In this document: in pieces, positions 51,297-64,000 of the stretch | How positions within the stretch are numbered: position 1 is the stretch's first letter | How the letters are laid out: the number at the start of each line of letters is the position of its first letter | NCBI GenBank assembly: GCA_038496445.1 | Contig: JALMLS010000061.1 | Location: 92,434 to 156,433, forward strand | DNA length: 64,000 nt | Origin: Trichosphaerium sp. ATCC 40318 | Taxonomy: Eukaryota > Protista > Tubulinea | Reading direction: 5' to 3' | Notes under the pieces: model-generated | The model's input: the letters and a program-made list of their open reading frames with translations, nothing else | Databases searched by the model: none | Told to the model about the DNA's origin: nothing | Translations under genes and position numbers: made by a program

Positions 51297-52018
51297 TATT
51301 CTACACGTTGTTTTAGCGTAATTACGGCGTTTTGCTTTATTTTGTGCAGCATAAGAATTAAAGTTGGAAAAAACAGAGGAAAGGTTGTACGACGATTCGA
51401 AGTGGCGCCAGTGTAAGCGAATAAACGATTTAATAGCGATACTGGATTTTTTATCTTAACTGTGCAACGTACGTTTTATAAAGTGGTTACGTTGCTTTTC
51501 AGAATTGGTGGCAAGGCGTTGGCAATGCTTTCGTGAGGTTTTGGTTTAGATCAAAAAAGTAATTTTTCGAGCTTCTCATGTGACTTAAGGTTTATTGATT
51601 GGGTCATTACAAGGAAATAAGTGGTTCCAGAAAGAGAAGGCGAGGTATTTGTCTTTCTATCTAAACTTAAGAGAACAGCTCAAGTCTCTTTTATGTGATA
51701 GTAAGTTTTGAGTATTGTAGTTTCGTACTTACAGCACAAGCTAGTGTACGCACAGCTGCGCTAGCAAGTTTTCAGATAGCATCAATAGTTCCAAGCACAC
51801 TACCACCAACAACGCTACTCCAACTACACTGGCACCAACAACACAAGCACAACGTGCATCTGTGCTACACTTTTCGTCTACATTTGGGCTCTGTTGCATT
51901 CGTTTTCTTTAAATCAGCTGTCAGCAACAAAGATTATTTTTTGAAACATTTTTGTATTGTGATAAGGCAAAGCCAACACTCTCGAATTTTATTGGTTTCA
52001 TAGTAACTCTCCTACTCC

Positions 52019-53935
52019 TTATGATAAGACAACTTGCTTTTCACCAATGGTAAACGGGTCAATAGAGAGAGATCTACAAATCCATCCTAAAAGAAACTGA
52101 CCTACAATTACTACAGGTTGTTTTGTGTTCCAGTTTGTATGCATTTGTCCAAAAGCACCTTGGAAATTCTGTGATTTATAAACTGTTACTCCAGGTACAA
52201 TGTCCAAGAGCTCTTTTTCTAGTATTTCTGGATCTACAGCCTTAAAAATCAAAGCCCGTGAGGAACAAGTAAAGAAAATATAAAAAATATGTTGTACCTT
52301 TACATAGGCTTGCCAGGCTCCTGGACGTTCATAGGTTGTAAAGTACACAGTATCACGTTTTTTGACTCCTACTTCTCTAAATGCTTTTTTAAAGTCCATT
52401 TGTTTCATTGCAAACATCCACGTGATACCCTTTTAGTAAGTAAACAACAAAAGAAAATTGTGAAAAATCAATTCAGGTGTAGTTATGTTTACATACGTCT
52501 CCTTGTCTCACATCCAAATTTATGTAATCCTGAAGGACAGTATATCCATCAGTATTATGAGCTGCATCGATCAGAACTTTCTGGAAGTGTTTAGTGTTAA
52601 ACCACTGAAGTCTGAAGGGCCAACTTGTTTTTTCCATGCCCTTTGAAATACTCTTGTTATCTATTTTATATCCCTTCTCTTTAAGTGCTAGCAAGGTAGC
52701 AATAGCACCAGTGGAGTTACCAATTTGGAAATCCCCACGAAGCCCAGGCTTGAAAATTATGCTTTCATCTTCAGATTTACAATCCTAACGTCGTTTAAGT
52801 ATGACTTGAATTACCTTACATAATATGTTGTGCAAATTCGATTTGTACCTCTTGGGTATACACTAAAAATCCAGGAGAATCTTTAACACGTTCTACAGTC
52901 TTTGGAAATATCAGTAAAGCACCAACCTCGCCTCCTATTTTTTTGAATGTTTCGTTTGCTTCTTGAAAAATCTGAGGTGCAATGATGGCTGGACATCCTT
53001 TAAACACGTGTCAAATAAATATTCTCGTAATTTAAACGTACCTTTCCTCATTATTCCAGCTTTATGAGATGCTATTAGAGGAATAGTATCACCAAGAACT
53101 TCAATATGATCGAAAGCTATTTTTGTAATAACAGTTGCAATGACTAGTTCATCGTCTATTATATTTGTAACATCTAGTCTTCCACCAATACCAACTTCTA
53201 CTATAATGAAATCAACCTAAAAATATCAGACCTTATTAATTATCATATGAGGCACGTGATTGATAAAAAAACTCGGTTTCAAATCGAAAAAACTAACAAT
53301 AGTAAAACGTACTTCAAGCTCAGCAAAAATAAGAAAAGCTGCTGCCACTTTTTTCTCAAAAGTTGTCGGTTTTAGATCCTTTGATATATCGATTGCGCGT
53401 TCATGTGCTTTCTTCCATATTTCTTTAGAAATAGGCGTACCTTCAGCTAATTAAAACAAAACAATCTCAAAAAACATATCCTTTGAGTACCACCGTCCAA
53501 AAGCACACTGTCATTCAAAGATATCACAAAAGGAGATATGAATCGAGCTACTTTATATCCACACTAATACTTGTCATTTAAAAGTAACACAAGTTGTATT
53601 CGTTAATCAAAAGTCAACAGGATTCTTCAAGACCAAAAAAACAATTTGAGATTGTGAACCTGTATTAATCTTGTTGAGGCGCTACTTAGTCTCAAACGTT
53701 ACCTCTGTGAGTACGCTAGCTATAAAAGCTATTGTAGAACCTTTACCGTTTGTTCCAGCGACATGAATAACATTCCGAAGGCGTTTATGTGGCGATCCTA
53801 TAACAATAGGACGAAAAAATGAGCAATGGGGTATTTTTGTCATCACACGTGTTAATAGGTACCTAGACGTTCCAGAATGACTTTAATACGCTCTAAAGTC
53901 TGTGGTTTTCTCTTAGCACGCTTCACTTCACTCAT
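52019..53935 (-). CDS. folC: Folylpolyglutamate synthase / dihydrofolate synthase (FolC family), multi-exon
   Basis: VIHVAGTNGKGST, FISP, EVGIGGRLDVTN, IAFDH..VLGDT..IA.HKAGI, SWPFRLQ, LIDAAHNTDG. Confidence 0.93.
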
Positions 53936-54142
53936 GACTTGACAGGCTGAGAATGAAATATGTATTAAGTCCTCGAGTGAACTGTAGATTCAGGCCTTTA
54001 TTTTCGAAGAATATTCTCTGCCCAGTGGCTTGTAGCTTGCTTATGATGCTTTGTGGTCTTAATAACTGATTAAATAGGTGGTGGACCTTGTAAGCTAGTG
54101 CCACAAACAGTTTTATTTGAGTACAGTGAGCACAACCTTGTA

Positions 54143-54445
54143 CTACAAAAGAGCAGACATATAAAATGAACTACTGAAAGATGGCCTCGAGAATGTTGCT
54201 TGCAAGCATTCCTTGGTACCAATTTCAACACGCATATACAAAGGAAAGTGTATAGGAAGTTGTGGGATTGTAAACTGCTTCTTAAACAATCTGAACGATA
54301 ATTTTGCTTCGCCACGATCTAGTTTACTTACTGTCAAGCTTGATAGACCATCTCTGTATTTCCAACTCTAGTAAAAACCATCAAAGATTTCCGACTTAAT
54401 GATAATCACTAGGTACCTTCAGTGCTCCTTGACGAGTTTGTTTAG
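54143..54445 (-). pseudogene. 3' fragment of an unidentified gene cut by the duplication junction
   Basis: PKQTRQGALK|intron|SWKYRDGLSSLTVSKLDRGEAKLSFRLFKK...MSALL* starts exactly where LRR homology ends. Confidence 0.45.
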
Positions 54446-54923
54446 GCTTTGAGACCTTCATCTGTCACTGAAGTTTCACCAAGGTTAATAGTATGAACAC
54501 CTTTGAGTGCTATGATCCCTTCATCTGTTACATTTGAACACCAAAGGATAATGGTATGAACCCCAGAAAGTGCTTTAAGACCTTCATTTACAACGTTTTC
54601 AGATAACAACTTAAATAACATGATTTTTGTATGCCTTAGAACACCACTATGTTTTGCAGCTGATTTTATTTGATTTTCTGTTCGAAGTGTTATTCTATCA
54701 TACCCTATAATATCATGAACGATAGAAGCAAGGTGATGACATGTCTGGCAAGCTGAAAATCGCGCTGTTGTTGTTTTAGACAAAATATAAGCTAAAATCT
54801 CTGTAGGCAAGTCAACCAGCATTGCTTCTGTACTACAATGTTATTTAGAGGAGTAACGAGAAGTGTTATATGTTAGCACTAGTACCTATGATAAACGGGT
54901 TCTGAATTGGTTTTACTAGACAA
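54442..54923 (-). pseudogene. Truncated F-box-LRR (partner copy of the 32507 gene); exon-1 ATG changed to TTG, internal ATG at 54822 intact
   Basis: MLVDLPTEILAYILSK...CQTCHHL..., then 2-3 LRRs ending at the junction at 54446. Confidence 0.8.
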
Positions 54924-55150
54924 TTGAGTTGTGCACAAAACAGTATGATGCGGATTGACCCTTTACCACTGGTTTTCTCAGTATTCTAATATGTCATCAC
55001 GTTTTTACTGTATTTGACCCAAAATAAATGACAGTCACGCCTTTTACTCAACAAACGACGGACTAAATTAACGGTTTTCTTCCCACTAGAAGAATATATA
55101 CTTATTTTAAGGGTTCCTGTACGTAATAGTGCCCTTACAATAACGTCTAA

Positions 55151-55814
55151 ATGTCAAAGAAACAAGTACGCTCGATGACATCTCCCTTGGAATATTGCAC
55201 GTGCTTTTTTTTTTTAATGGTGATACTAGCGAAATTCAAGTGCGAGGATTGTTCGGAATGTATTAGACCTTCCAGTAGAGTTACAACTTGAAATAATAGA
55301 TACAGATCCTGAAATGTTTATTAAATGGCCTCTATTGTCAATGAAAACAGTGGGAATACGTTTCGATGAATCATTTAATAAACATGGCAAATGGAAGCGA
55401 TATACCCTTCTTCAAGAGTGTTATGTACTCCTACAACAGCGAAAATGGCACCGTGGTGTAGTGAATGGACAGGATGTGCGTTGGCATGGTAATGGTGTTG
55501 TGTTTTGGAAAGAATCATACAAGAATGGTCTAAGACACGGAGAGTCAAAACAGTGGCATGACAATGGCCAGTTGCAAACACAATGTAATTACATCAATGG
55601 CAAACTTGAAGGAGAGTACAAGCTATGGTATGAAAACGGCCAATTGCTGGCCCAAGGTAAGTATATCAACAGTAATCGAGAAGGAGAGTGGAATAAATGG
55701 CATGAAAATGGCCAATTACAAATACAATGTAATTACATCAATGGCAAACCCACAGGAGAGATGAAGGGCTGGAGTACAGCAGGGTTAAGGGTACTTTATG
55801 GAAAGTATTCATAA
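55151..55814 (+). CDS. F-box-like + MORN repeat protein, copy 2 (exon 1 55151-55165, intron 55166-55229)
   Basis: Near-identical to 31615-32278. Confidence 0.85.
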
Positions 55815-56078
55815 GCAAATAAAATAAACTGTTGTAGCTGTGTTGAGTAGTTTAACGTCCATGTTTTTATACAATGACCAAATAAAAATCGGATTGTTAT
55901 TAATCTTCTAGTCAATAGGTCAACTCCAAGACAGTTGTTATCAAAACTTGTTAATTATTTGTTGGTGTGGGCTTTTATTTGTTACCAAGCGGTTGTTAAG
56001 GTATAATCTACTATTACCGGTTTTTGTGATACCATGGTTTCGTCACACAAACATACATTCACTACAAAGTGATTCTTT

Positions 56079-56362
56079 ACTGATGCACCTGGTCTATGCT
56101 TTCTTGCTTGTGTGTGAGCTATGAAGGCCTTTCAGCGTTGGCTGGTGTACAATAATATTATAAGGGTGTTATTATGTAACAGATGACTGTTTGAAGGCTT
56201 TGGCAGGAGTGCACAGAATCCGCTTGAGAAATTGTAGCTATGTAACTGATGAAGGTGTTAAAGCATTAGTTGGTGTACACTATTTCTTTACTTAAGTGCT
56301 ATGCAATAACAGGTGAAGGCATAAAGGCGCTGACAGGCTCTATTGTCACACATTTGAACTAA
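56079..56362 (+). pseudogene. Frameshifted LRR relic, copy 2
   Basis: Reverse complement of 31067-31350. Confidence 0.8.
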
Positions 56363-56960
56363 ACTAAAGAACAAACCCAAAACAAGAGTACCACTGATTC
56401 AGTTTCAGCTGTGAATTGGAGCTATATTATGTACGTTCCACATAGGCTTAAACGCTTTATTTAACACTGTATACCAAGTGTGAAAAGTATAAAACGACTT
56501 AACTCTGTAGCACAATATTATTTTCAAAAATGCCGAGTTTTTAATCATAGTCCAAAACTCTAATTTAAACTATTTTTTAGAGTCATTGTAGACTACATCA
56601 CATAAGTGAATACATTAAGCTTGAATAAGGTTGTTCACACCATGTGCGACTATTATTACACGAAGCATCAATCGCATAAAAGTATTTTAAAGAGCATAAA
56701 TAATTTGTTTTAAAAGTGGAGTGCATACATAATCTGGCTCTGTTGACTTCAAATACATCACGTGATAAAACATTACGCAAAAATGAGCTCTTTTTTTAAC
56801 AGCATTTGTAGACGCAATTCAACAGCAGGCAAATCCGGAACTTTAAGTGAATTGTTCTGCTTCGGTTTGTTCCTGACTTAACGTCGAGTTCCTTTGGAAA
56901 GGAACTACGAGTTTATAGTATATTATATAGTGTTACGAACAGTTTACAACATATTATACG

Positions 56961-59580
56961 ATGGGAGGTCTTTTTTCAAGCCCATCGGCTCCTGACATGT
57001 CGCCCATTATACAGGCAATGATGCAACAACAACAACAGCAGGTTTGAACTAAGCAATAATAAATATGTAACTGATTTCGTTACAGATGAACCAAATGATA
57101 GCGTTAATGCAGCAAAACCACGAAAATAACCGTAAGGCTTGGAAAGAAGAGCATCGGTGAGTTTTTTACATGCGTACAACTGACATCGAGTCTAACGTTT
57201 CTATTAAAGCGAAAAACTTCAAGCAGAGGTTGAAAAGCGTATATTAGAGCAAGAAAAAATAAATTCAAATGAAGCGCGTCAACGAAGAGAGAAAGTGAAT
57301 AAAGAGGTCAAAGAACGTGTAGAAAAGAGCGAGGAGAAGTTCGAGAGGGAACTGCAAGCACTAAAAGACGCCGGCGTTAAGGTACGACTTGGAAAAAAAA
57401 AAAGAAAAAAGTTTACTTTGTGTATTCTAAACTGCTTTATCTTCAATAGTATATTCCCACAAACAAGCTTATATCAAAGTACGATAATGAAGCATGCCTT
57501 GGTAGTGGTGTATACGGAGGTAAGATAGTAACATGCGCTTCTTTCGTTAGATACATTTTTTTGATTAATTTTGTTCTTTTTGTAGAGGTGTATCTAGCGA
57601 TGTTTGCTGGTGAGCCAGTCGCTGTAAAGATACTTAAAGGAAATGCTGCTGTTGATGCAAAAGGGGATGATGCTGCTTTATTTCATAGAGAGGTTATAAC
57701 ATTGAAGTCCCTACATCACGAAAATATTGTAAAATTCCTTGGCTACATAAATGGTGCGTTTGAAGATTTGACAAATTTTATAATTATATCACGTGATCAG
57801 CGCTGAGGTTTTTTTTTAAATCATGTTATTATTTTTGACGTATAATTTAGGTGATGTCAATATTAGAGGTGTATCAAGGAAGGTATTGGGTATTGTAACG
57901 CAATATATTCCTGGCAATGATTTGGCAAAAATTATTGAGTTTCCAGAAGACACGGATAAATCTTTAACGGACTTTATAATACGCAATGCTTTTCAGGTAC
58001 GCCTCTGTGACCCAAATAATAAGCGCTCACGTGTGTTTGAAATCACAATTCCTTGATTTTTTAAACGCACCGCCTTGTGGCCGTGTTCAACGGAGAGTAA
58101 ACTGCTAACTGGTGTTATTTTTAGCCGAAGTTTTTTGAAAGAAGGTTGAAGATTTTACAGGGTATTGCTCTTGGTATGGAGTATATACATAAAGTGAATG
58201 GATCTCATAGAGATTTAAAAGCAGAAAATGTAAGACCTACGGTTATATGTATGTAAAGTAAATGACCTATTTGTTAGGTTATGGTATACGCAGGATCAAA
58301 TGTGAAAATATTAGATTTTGGGCTTTCAAGAATTTGTGGTACAACTGGTATTAGTAAGCTTTCTTCTGTATCATCAGCGAATGAAAGAGCTACTGTACAA
58401 AGAAGTATTGGAGGCAGATCAATTAATGTCACCCGTTCAGGCATGGGTACACCAATGTATGTCCCATGTTTTTATTCTAAAAAAAACCGCCTTTCTTTTC
58501 ACTTCTAGTACTTTTTTTAAATCTCTGTCAAGATACATGGCTCCAGAAGTACATGCCTTATTCCCTGATACTCCAGGTAAAGTAACAATCAAAGATTGGC
58601 AAATGTACGTGCAAGAGAACGCAGCACTCAAGAAATAACTAACCTTGTTCGCTAGGGCGGATGTATATGCTTTTGGTATACTATGCTACGAGCTTATATG
58701 CTCTGAGCGCGCGTGGAAGGATATCATAGATAAAACAGACCTAGCGTACGACAATACTTTTAGAATAAAACGGAGGTTAATTAACTTATTAATTATTAAA
58801 GACGTCGTGTAATGCAAGCTGAAAGGCCGTCTTTCCCCGACGAAATTTGGGATAAGGATGACGTATCAGAACTAGCTTACTTGGCTCAAGATTGTTGGGA
58901 TAGTCAACCAACAGAAAGACCAACATTTAGTAGTATTGTTGAGGTTCTAAAAAAAATCGAGCAGATGAATACCACCGGATCACGTCTTTCACAATGTTCA
59001 AGTAAGTTGGTTTTAGAGCTTTTTTTTTTTTTCAATCAAAAGATACTTTTATCATGATCAAGCGGTTATGAAATACTACGAATACGAGTAGTCCATATCA
59101 GTGTTAAGTCAGCTTTTTTCCAAATGAAACGCCATGCTCAAATAGAGCGTTAACCACTAAAAATACGCCCAACAATTTTTTACTTCGAGGATCTTAGCCC
59201 GTGGTATTCGTTAGTAATTTCTATTAGGTAACAGAGAACGTAAGTCTAAGTATAGTACTAGACAGAAAAAACAAAGAAAGTGGGAGAGCATAAAGATACA
59301 GAAAACTGTAAGACAAACAGGACCAAGGGGGAGAACGTCTAAGTTCAGTACTACTTCAGCAAGGAAACCTGAACGACAAACTGGATCAAGAAGAACTTCT
59401 AAATTCAGTACAACAACCAATGCTAGAAACAAGTCTTATTCAAACAATCCACCACGTCGTGCTACTAGAGATAGTATACAAAAATTGATAGAGCTTGGAT
59501 TTAGTGAATCAAAAGCAAGAGAAGCTTTATTTGTAAGTGATGGAGATTTAGACAAGGCAATCAAGTACTTGTTCAATTAG
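56961..59580 (+). CDS. Myristoylated kinase-UBA, copy 2
   Basis: Same motifs as 27846-30470, reading frame intact. Confidence 0.9.
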
Positions 59581-60666
59581 GAGGTATATAAATATACGTA
59601 TCTCAATCAAATGTAATCAAACATATTAAATAAAACTCTTATACGTCATTGCACTCCGGGAGAATGTCACTAGTGCTTTGTACATAGTTAAGAAGTACTA
59701 AAAGAATATTGTACCATAATTGCAAATGGCGTGTTTTGTGTAGTAATTTCCTTGTTATGTTCATTGTACACTAAAGACCTCTCAAGCGAATTACCACTTG
59801 TACCAATTGGCTACCCTTTGGCCACACAAGAGTAAAAAGCTGATTACGCGTCTATTAAATTTCCTTGTACGAACGAGGACCTCACCTTCGAATTCTCAAT
59901 GACAGCCCGATTATTTTTTGTGACATTCTTTAAAGTGCGAGTTTTCTTCCAAGGCCCGAAACTATAACCCTTCTTGGTAATACCCTTCTACCCAAAAACA
60001 AATTAGAGCGTATTATGATAGACAACTCTTTAAAATTGGGAATCGCTATGATTCAGTGTATTATAGAAAGTCATCACACGTGAGAATAGAAGTGCTTAAT
60101 TTTAGCAATCAGACAAACCCAATAAACTATTTAGTGCCTTGGATTACACGCAAAGGTGGTATTTAACGCCTACAACCAGCTAACAGTTGGGTTTTAACCA
60201 GATAATTCCAAATATACATGAGAAAAAAACTATCATCGGAATTGACCTGAATATCGATAATCCATATTTTGAGCTAGGTTGTGTTCATCACAGTGAGTAT
60301 GTAGTTCGCGTTAACAATAAAGACTGTTTTATTTACGTACTACCTCCCATAAAACAAACTCTTAGGGATGAAAAAGTGTAGGTTCCAAGTAGTAACGAAC
60401 TAAAACTTGGGATTATCTTTTTTTAGTGCTAATCTGGGTCATTCAACTTTCCTTCAATTATGGTTATACTTGTCAGTTTACTTTCCTTCATTATCTAAGA
60501 GAATCAGGAAGATAAATTCCCATATATAAACCCTTACTACTGCTTGTTAATTTACAATGCATTTTATTTTTTGCTACCTTTTTTTTTTTTCTTTTGCCTT
60601 TGTTGCTACAAATTTACACTCGAGTGTTCATTCAGACTCTTTTTCCTTGTTTCAAAAAATCCACAG

Positions 60667-63022
60667 TCACCGGTTGATAAGGTTTAAAATTTCAACAAAC
60701 GATGGGCGTTGATTAAAATCAGGATTCCAACTCGCCCTTATTAAGTTTTTCCAACACTGAGCCATCTCAACTCGTTTCAAGGAAGGCCTTTGCTGTTCCA
60801 TTGCGGCAAGTGAAGCGAATAAGTCAGAAGATACATTATGAAAAACATGAGGTTGTGTTTTGCCTATAAAATCACGTGAGCACTATGGCTAGAGAAGCAG
60901 AAACCAAACAATCACGTACTGAATAAAAACCATAAAATGATGGCGAAACTGTAAACATCAGCTTTTTCATTATACCGCTCCCCTTTATAAATTTCTGGTG
61001 CCATATATACTAAGTTTGGGTAAGTATTTATTTGAGTAACTTGAGGAATATTGTAACGGTTAAATCGTTCAGAAAGGCACAAAAATAAAAAGTCAAAAAA
61101 ATGTAAAAAAAAATTCTGAAAACGACTATACTAAGTGACGTTTTGAGTGTTGATTAAGTTAGATGGAAACCGTATTAATGCGAGTATTTATGTACGTTGA
61201 TTGTTAGTTCAGTCAATCACAAAGTATTTTGAGGGTGTTGATTTTAACAAAACAAGAAAAAATAAATAATCATGTTTAAACTCACCTAAACTACCAACAG
61301 CAGCGCTCATTAGTCCTTGCGGGTTTTTAAACCGAGACAACCCAAAATCAGCAACTTTGCAATTAATAAAGTTACTATCCAGCTACAAAATAGATAGTAA
61401 GACGACAAGAAGAAGAAAACCGAGAGAATAAAAATCAAAAAAAATAGGAATAAAAGAGAAAAAAAAGTGTTGCCTACCAACACGTTATTAGGCGTCAAAT
61501 CACGATGAATGATCGATGGTGTATGTCCATGAAGGTATGCTACGCCTTAAGAAATAAATGAGTACATAGGTATAGATAGTAACCAAACAAAAGGGTGTTT
61601 TGTGGCGACACAACAAAAAAATACCTGCTGCCATAGACTTTGCAAAACTAAGGATTCTTTGCACTGTAAGTAATCCACCTTGCTGCAGGACGAAATCTTG
61701 GAGGTTACCACCATCCATATCTAAAAATTAGAATAAACCAAAGGAACTACGAAAAGGTAAAGAATCACTGTCTGTATATTTTCTTGTAACTGTGCCCCAG
61801 TGTGGGTTCAACGTCAAAGTAGTTCGAAAACACAAAGAACAATCCAAGAAAAAAAACTGTGTTTGTGAAAAAAATTCTCTGGCGCTTAGTGGTTTAGTTC
61901 TGTGATTGTCTCTAATCTTCAAATCGTATTTCAGCAGATATCAAGAATTTTTTTTCAAGTTTTCTAAAAAATTGGTATTCTTAGACCGTCAAAAACGAGT
62001 TTCGGTATCTCAAGGTGTTACCAGTTGGATGACGTACATTCTGTCACTATGTAGTGGTCTTGTGCATTAATACAAATACCAAGAAATGCAACAATGTACT
62101 GGTTGTCAAGTATAGACCATATCTTTATCTCTTTACCGAATAGATCTACCGATGATAGCTTCCTGAATGTTTGACGCGTTATTTTCTTTACAGCTACTTT
62201 TCTGCCACGCCACATACCCCTTTTGCGTATTAATACGCCTCTTGCGTTGAATGGTAACGATAGATCTTAGTTTTATCATTTTTTAAACGTACTTGGAAAC
62301 TGCGCCAAAAAAACCGCTTCCTATTGTTCCATGTAAGGTTATTTCGCCTGATGGGATAACTAGGTACGTTTAGAAGTTAAATGTAATTTGTTTTTTACCT
62401 TTATTGCGCGGTATGGAATCTAACGAAAATTTCTCTGTATTGGTCGTCCATATAGTATCAGGGGTGCGTCTTGGTGATATTAGCGGGCTGTTTGTGTTTT
62501 GATTCTGTAATAATAGTCATTAACGATAAACGTAACTACCATATAACGCACTGTTGGTTCAGCGTAGTATGAATCAATGCCCTTATTAAACCCTAGAGCC
62601 GCATTTTCGTCAAACGTTGGTAAATGAGTCTGAGATAGCTTGTCATCAAAAGGTACAGGGAACATACGCTTTTGGCAATCCGTTTAAAAACAACAGTCAA
62701 CTGTTTTAAATCTCTCGCTTACAAACGCCTTAGGCGTATTGTGGAAGTATTTGCATTGCGACACCTGTTAGTTGCGATACCCTAGTTGGCTTATTGAATG
62801 TGACACGCTCTTCGCATGTCAAGACACTGACTTTGACTCAACATTAAGGGCGTTTTTCTGTGTTTGATTGTGTACAACGCGGTGAATACAAACATGGTGT
62901 GTTGTGGTACTACAAGTGTAATATACTAACCGTTGATAGTTTATGATGCATTTTACATCTGGAAAGGCTGGAACAAAGCTACATGGTTCAACAAAACCGC
63001 ACAAACCCCACGGGGTAGGTCC
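60667..63022 (-). CDS. TKL kinase, copy 2; 5' end uncertain
   Basis: Same motifs as 24441-26789. Confidence 0.9.
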
Positions 63023-63468
63023 CTTTATGGTTATAAATATATGGTTAACGGTTGAGTTTTAGACGATAACAGTACGCTATGTATTCCGTAATCACCCCAA
63101 TGAGGAGAATGTAGAAGAATTACGCCTTGAAGTTCCACACAAAGTAAGACCTTGAACTTGTTTGCATTTTCGCACGTGTGTTTGACTACATGATTAGACA
63201 ACAATTGAACGATTCATCGAGATACTAATTGAGCGCTATCCAACAGTAGCTAATGATGTAAAAAACTCTATTGCTTGTGTTAATAACGATTGTAATGTCC
63301 CAAAGAACCTCAAAGAAAATGATCTCGTGGCCTTTGACGCAATAATTCTGCAATAAAAACCTCACCTACTTTATTACATAAGGTAAGTGGACACTACCCG
63401 GTCATCACGTGTTTAATTAAAAGTGATTTTGAGATACCCTTTCTTTTATCAAAATGAAGTTGCATGAC

Positions 63469-64000
63469 TTAGTCTTCAATTTGAACTCCATTTAGCTTCA
63501 ATTCAGCCCTGCAAACATCTGTAACACCAGTACCAAAAATTGTAATTGAGTGTAGACCTTCTAGTGCTTTAACACCATCATCTGTGACTTTAGTCATACC
63601 AACGTTTATGTCACTGACACCATTTAGTGCTTTTATACCTTCATCTGTAACGGAAGTAAAACTAAGGTCAATGGTATGAACACCGGAAAGTGATTTGACA
63701 CCATCATCAGTTATATAGAAATTTCGACTAAGGTTAATCTTATGAACACCTTGGAGAGCTTTGATACCTTCATTTGTAATGCTTGGACAATTTGAAAGGT
63801 TGATAGTATGTACACCTTTGAGTGCTTTGATGCCTTCATCTGTAACATTGGTGTAGCAAAGATTAACGTTGTGAACACCTGCAAGCTCTTTGATCCCTTC
63901 ATCTGTAATTTTAAGGTGTGATAGGTTAATAGTATGAACTCCACAAAGTGCTTTGATCCCTTCATCTGTTGCTAAGACGCAGCGATCAAGATTGATGGTG
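63469..64000 (-). CDS. F-box-LRR protein, copy 2, 3' part (5' end outside window)
   Basis: Reverse complement of 23431-23962 with five substitutions seen. Confidence 0.85.
   Translation of the reverse strand, partial: TINLDRCVLATDEGIKALCGVHTINLSHLKITDEGIKELAGVHNVNLCYTNVTDEGIKALKGVHTINLSNCPSITNEGIKALQGVHKINLSRNFYITDDGVKSLSGVHTIDLSFTSVTDEGIKALNGVSDINVGMTKVTDDGVKALEGLHSITIFGTGVTDVCRAELKLNGVQIED

Larger units (their letters stand above)
54446..64000 (-). repeat. Large segmental duplication, inverted copy 2 (runs off the window)
   Basis: Reverse complement of 23431-32831 with SNPs and indels. Confidence 0.97.

Overview
This is AT-rich, intron-dense eukaryotic DNA from a protist, most likely an amoebozoan (inferred from TKL kinases, a tandem-SH2 protein, Integrator and short introns). 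It uses the standard genetic code, and most ORF-track entries are exon fragments or shadow frames. Conserved multi-exon genes include BUD32/TP53RK, an R2R3-Myb, CAF1/CNOT7, a thioredoxin-like gene, frataxin, NUP107, KRTCAP2, INTS7, folC/FPGS and a canonical F-box/LRR gene. Among them lies a dynamic compartment of short F-box + repeat genes (F-box-MORN and F-box-LRR). Their repeat arrays are intron-free, several have a 5' micro-exon, one MORN/LRR pair is head-to-head, the LRR modules differ between copies, and one gene is fused to SH3-SH3. They are mixed with 5'-truncated gene fragments. A block of at least 9.4 kb (23431-32831) recurs inverted at 54446-64000+. Also present: a tandemly duplicated C-type-lectin membrane gene separated by a TIR-bounded ~2 kb element, a mitochondrion-targeted ~70-aa tandem-repeat protein, a ~130-bp dispersed repeat and strong CACGTG enrichment. 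Exon structures were reconstructed by hand and no database searches were run.
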